A stretch of 64,000 nucleotides of DNA from Phoronis australis (Eukaryota > Animalia > Phoronida). Shown here in pieces: positions 63,108 to 64,000 of the stretch (the first letter of the stretch is position 1; each line of letters starts with the position of its first letter). The stretch lies in the NCBI GenBank assembly GCA_002633005.1, contig NMRA01000309.1:288874-352873 (forward strand), given 5' to 3'. The position numbers were made by a program, and so were the translations under genes. Under the pieces are notes generated by a model. That model was not told the origin of the DNA. It ran no database searches and was given only the letters and a program-made list of their open reading frames with translations.

Positions 63108-64000
63108 TGTTAATCTTACCTGGCGATCTCAATCCCGACACGACAATCACAGTCGGAACGCGTAACCCTTTTCAAAGAGCTTTATCGTCACGTCGCCAAA
63201 TGACAGTGAAAACGTTATAACAGCAGATGATCCCAACAAAGGTTCTCTTGCCCAGATTAGTCATTCACTGTTAAATTTACAAAATTGCTGAGTAATAGCC
63301 CCGTGCCGTCCTGCGGTGCGCAGACGACCAGTCACCACGCAGCCTCCACTAGAATTAAAACTGTTTCAATTAAGATGTGACCCTGCTTAAGTGCGCGCGT
63401 GCAAGCTTCACGTGTTGCACAGGTCATCAAATTTATGGTTACAGTCTCGTACTATATGTAGCTGTCAAGTTCTGTGTCAGAGAGCAGTTTTAAAATTGGT
63501 TGTAATAAAAGTTTGAAAAACTTAACTCTGTTGTTTTTTGTGTTTGGGATGTTATAGTCGACACTTCGTGACTCAATGACATTTTCAGCGTATGTTCTGC
63601 GGCTAGCTGTCTTATCTCGACAGCCCAGCATTGCTCTCTTGCCGTTGCGCCAAACATGCTATGCAAAGAAGTAAGACAAGGATCGGGGGTGGTCGAGCCA
63701 GTAGTCGATAAAGAAGAAAATTTCAAGCAACTGCATAAATATGTTACAAAATGTCAGCCAACAGCAATGTTTCAATTCATTATTCTAAACGATCACCTTA
63801 CCAAACTTCGTGGTGGAAAAACATTTATTTTTCATGCAAGATGTCCAGATTATCCTATTTATATCACTTGTAATATCGCACTGCGGCACTGTTCGGTCCC
63901 GCTGTTATCGCGCAATGTCTCAGTCGGCTGACAATCGTGACTTGGAAATGCCGTCAAGTAATATAACGGCCTCTTTCAATATGCATCTCGTTTTTTATGG
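63108..64000. mobile_element. Same Tc1/mariner-like family, copy 3 (5'-truncated, runs off the window)
   Basis: 63108-63402 is nearly identical to 2732-3024. The remainder resembles 57310-58265. Confidence 0.88.

Overview
Eukaryotic, intron-rich, AT-rich genomic DNA with four assembly gaps. It is probably a lophotrochozoan invertebrate such as a mollusc, inferred only from the repeat types and protein similarity. The window holds the 3' parts of two convergent genes. On the + strand is a FHOD-family formin (FHOD1/3, Fhos type): 13 phase-compatible coding exons from 1408 to the TGA at 23365-23367, covering the spacer, FH1, FH2 and DAD regions. On the - strand is the deubiquitinase USP32: 8 phase-compatible exons from 51574 to the TGA at 30676-30678, with the His box and a C-terminal CaaX (CIIQ). 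Both 5' ends lie outside the window. The introns contain non-autonomous DNA transposons (Tc1/mariner-pogo-like, Harbinger-like, hAT-like, HINE/Helentron-like), a tRNA-derived SINE and many minisatellites. I see no wholly new gene system. The best leads are regulatory: a candidate 6-nt microexon in the FH2 linker, a UGA-CUA stop context whose readthrough would mask the USP32 CaaX box, a triplicated splice acceptor, and an orphan in-phase splice donor that could give an N-terminally truncated formin. Exon boundaries were read by eye and homology comes from recalled sequences, not from a database search.
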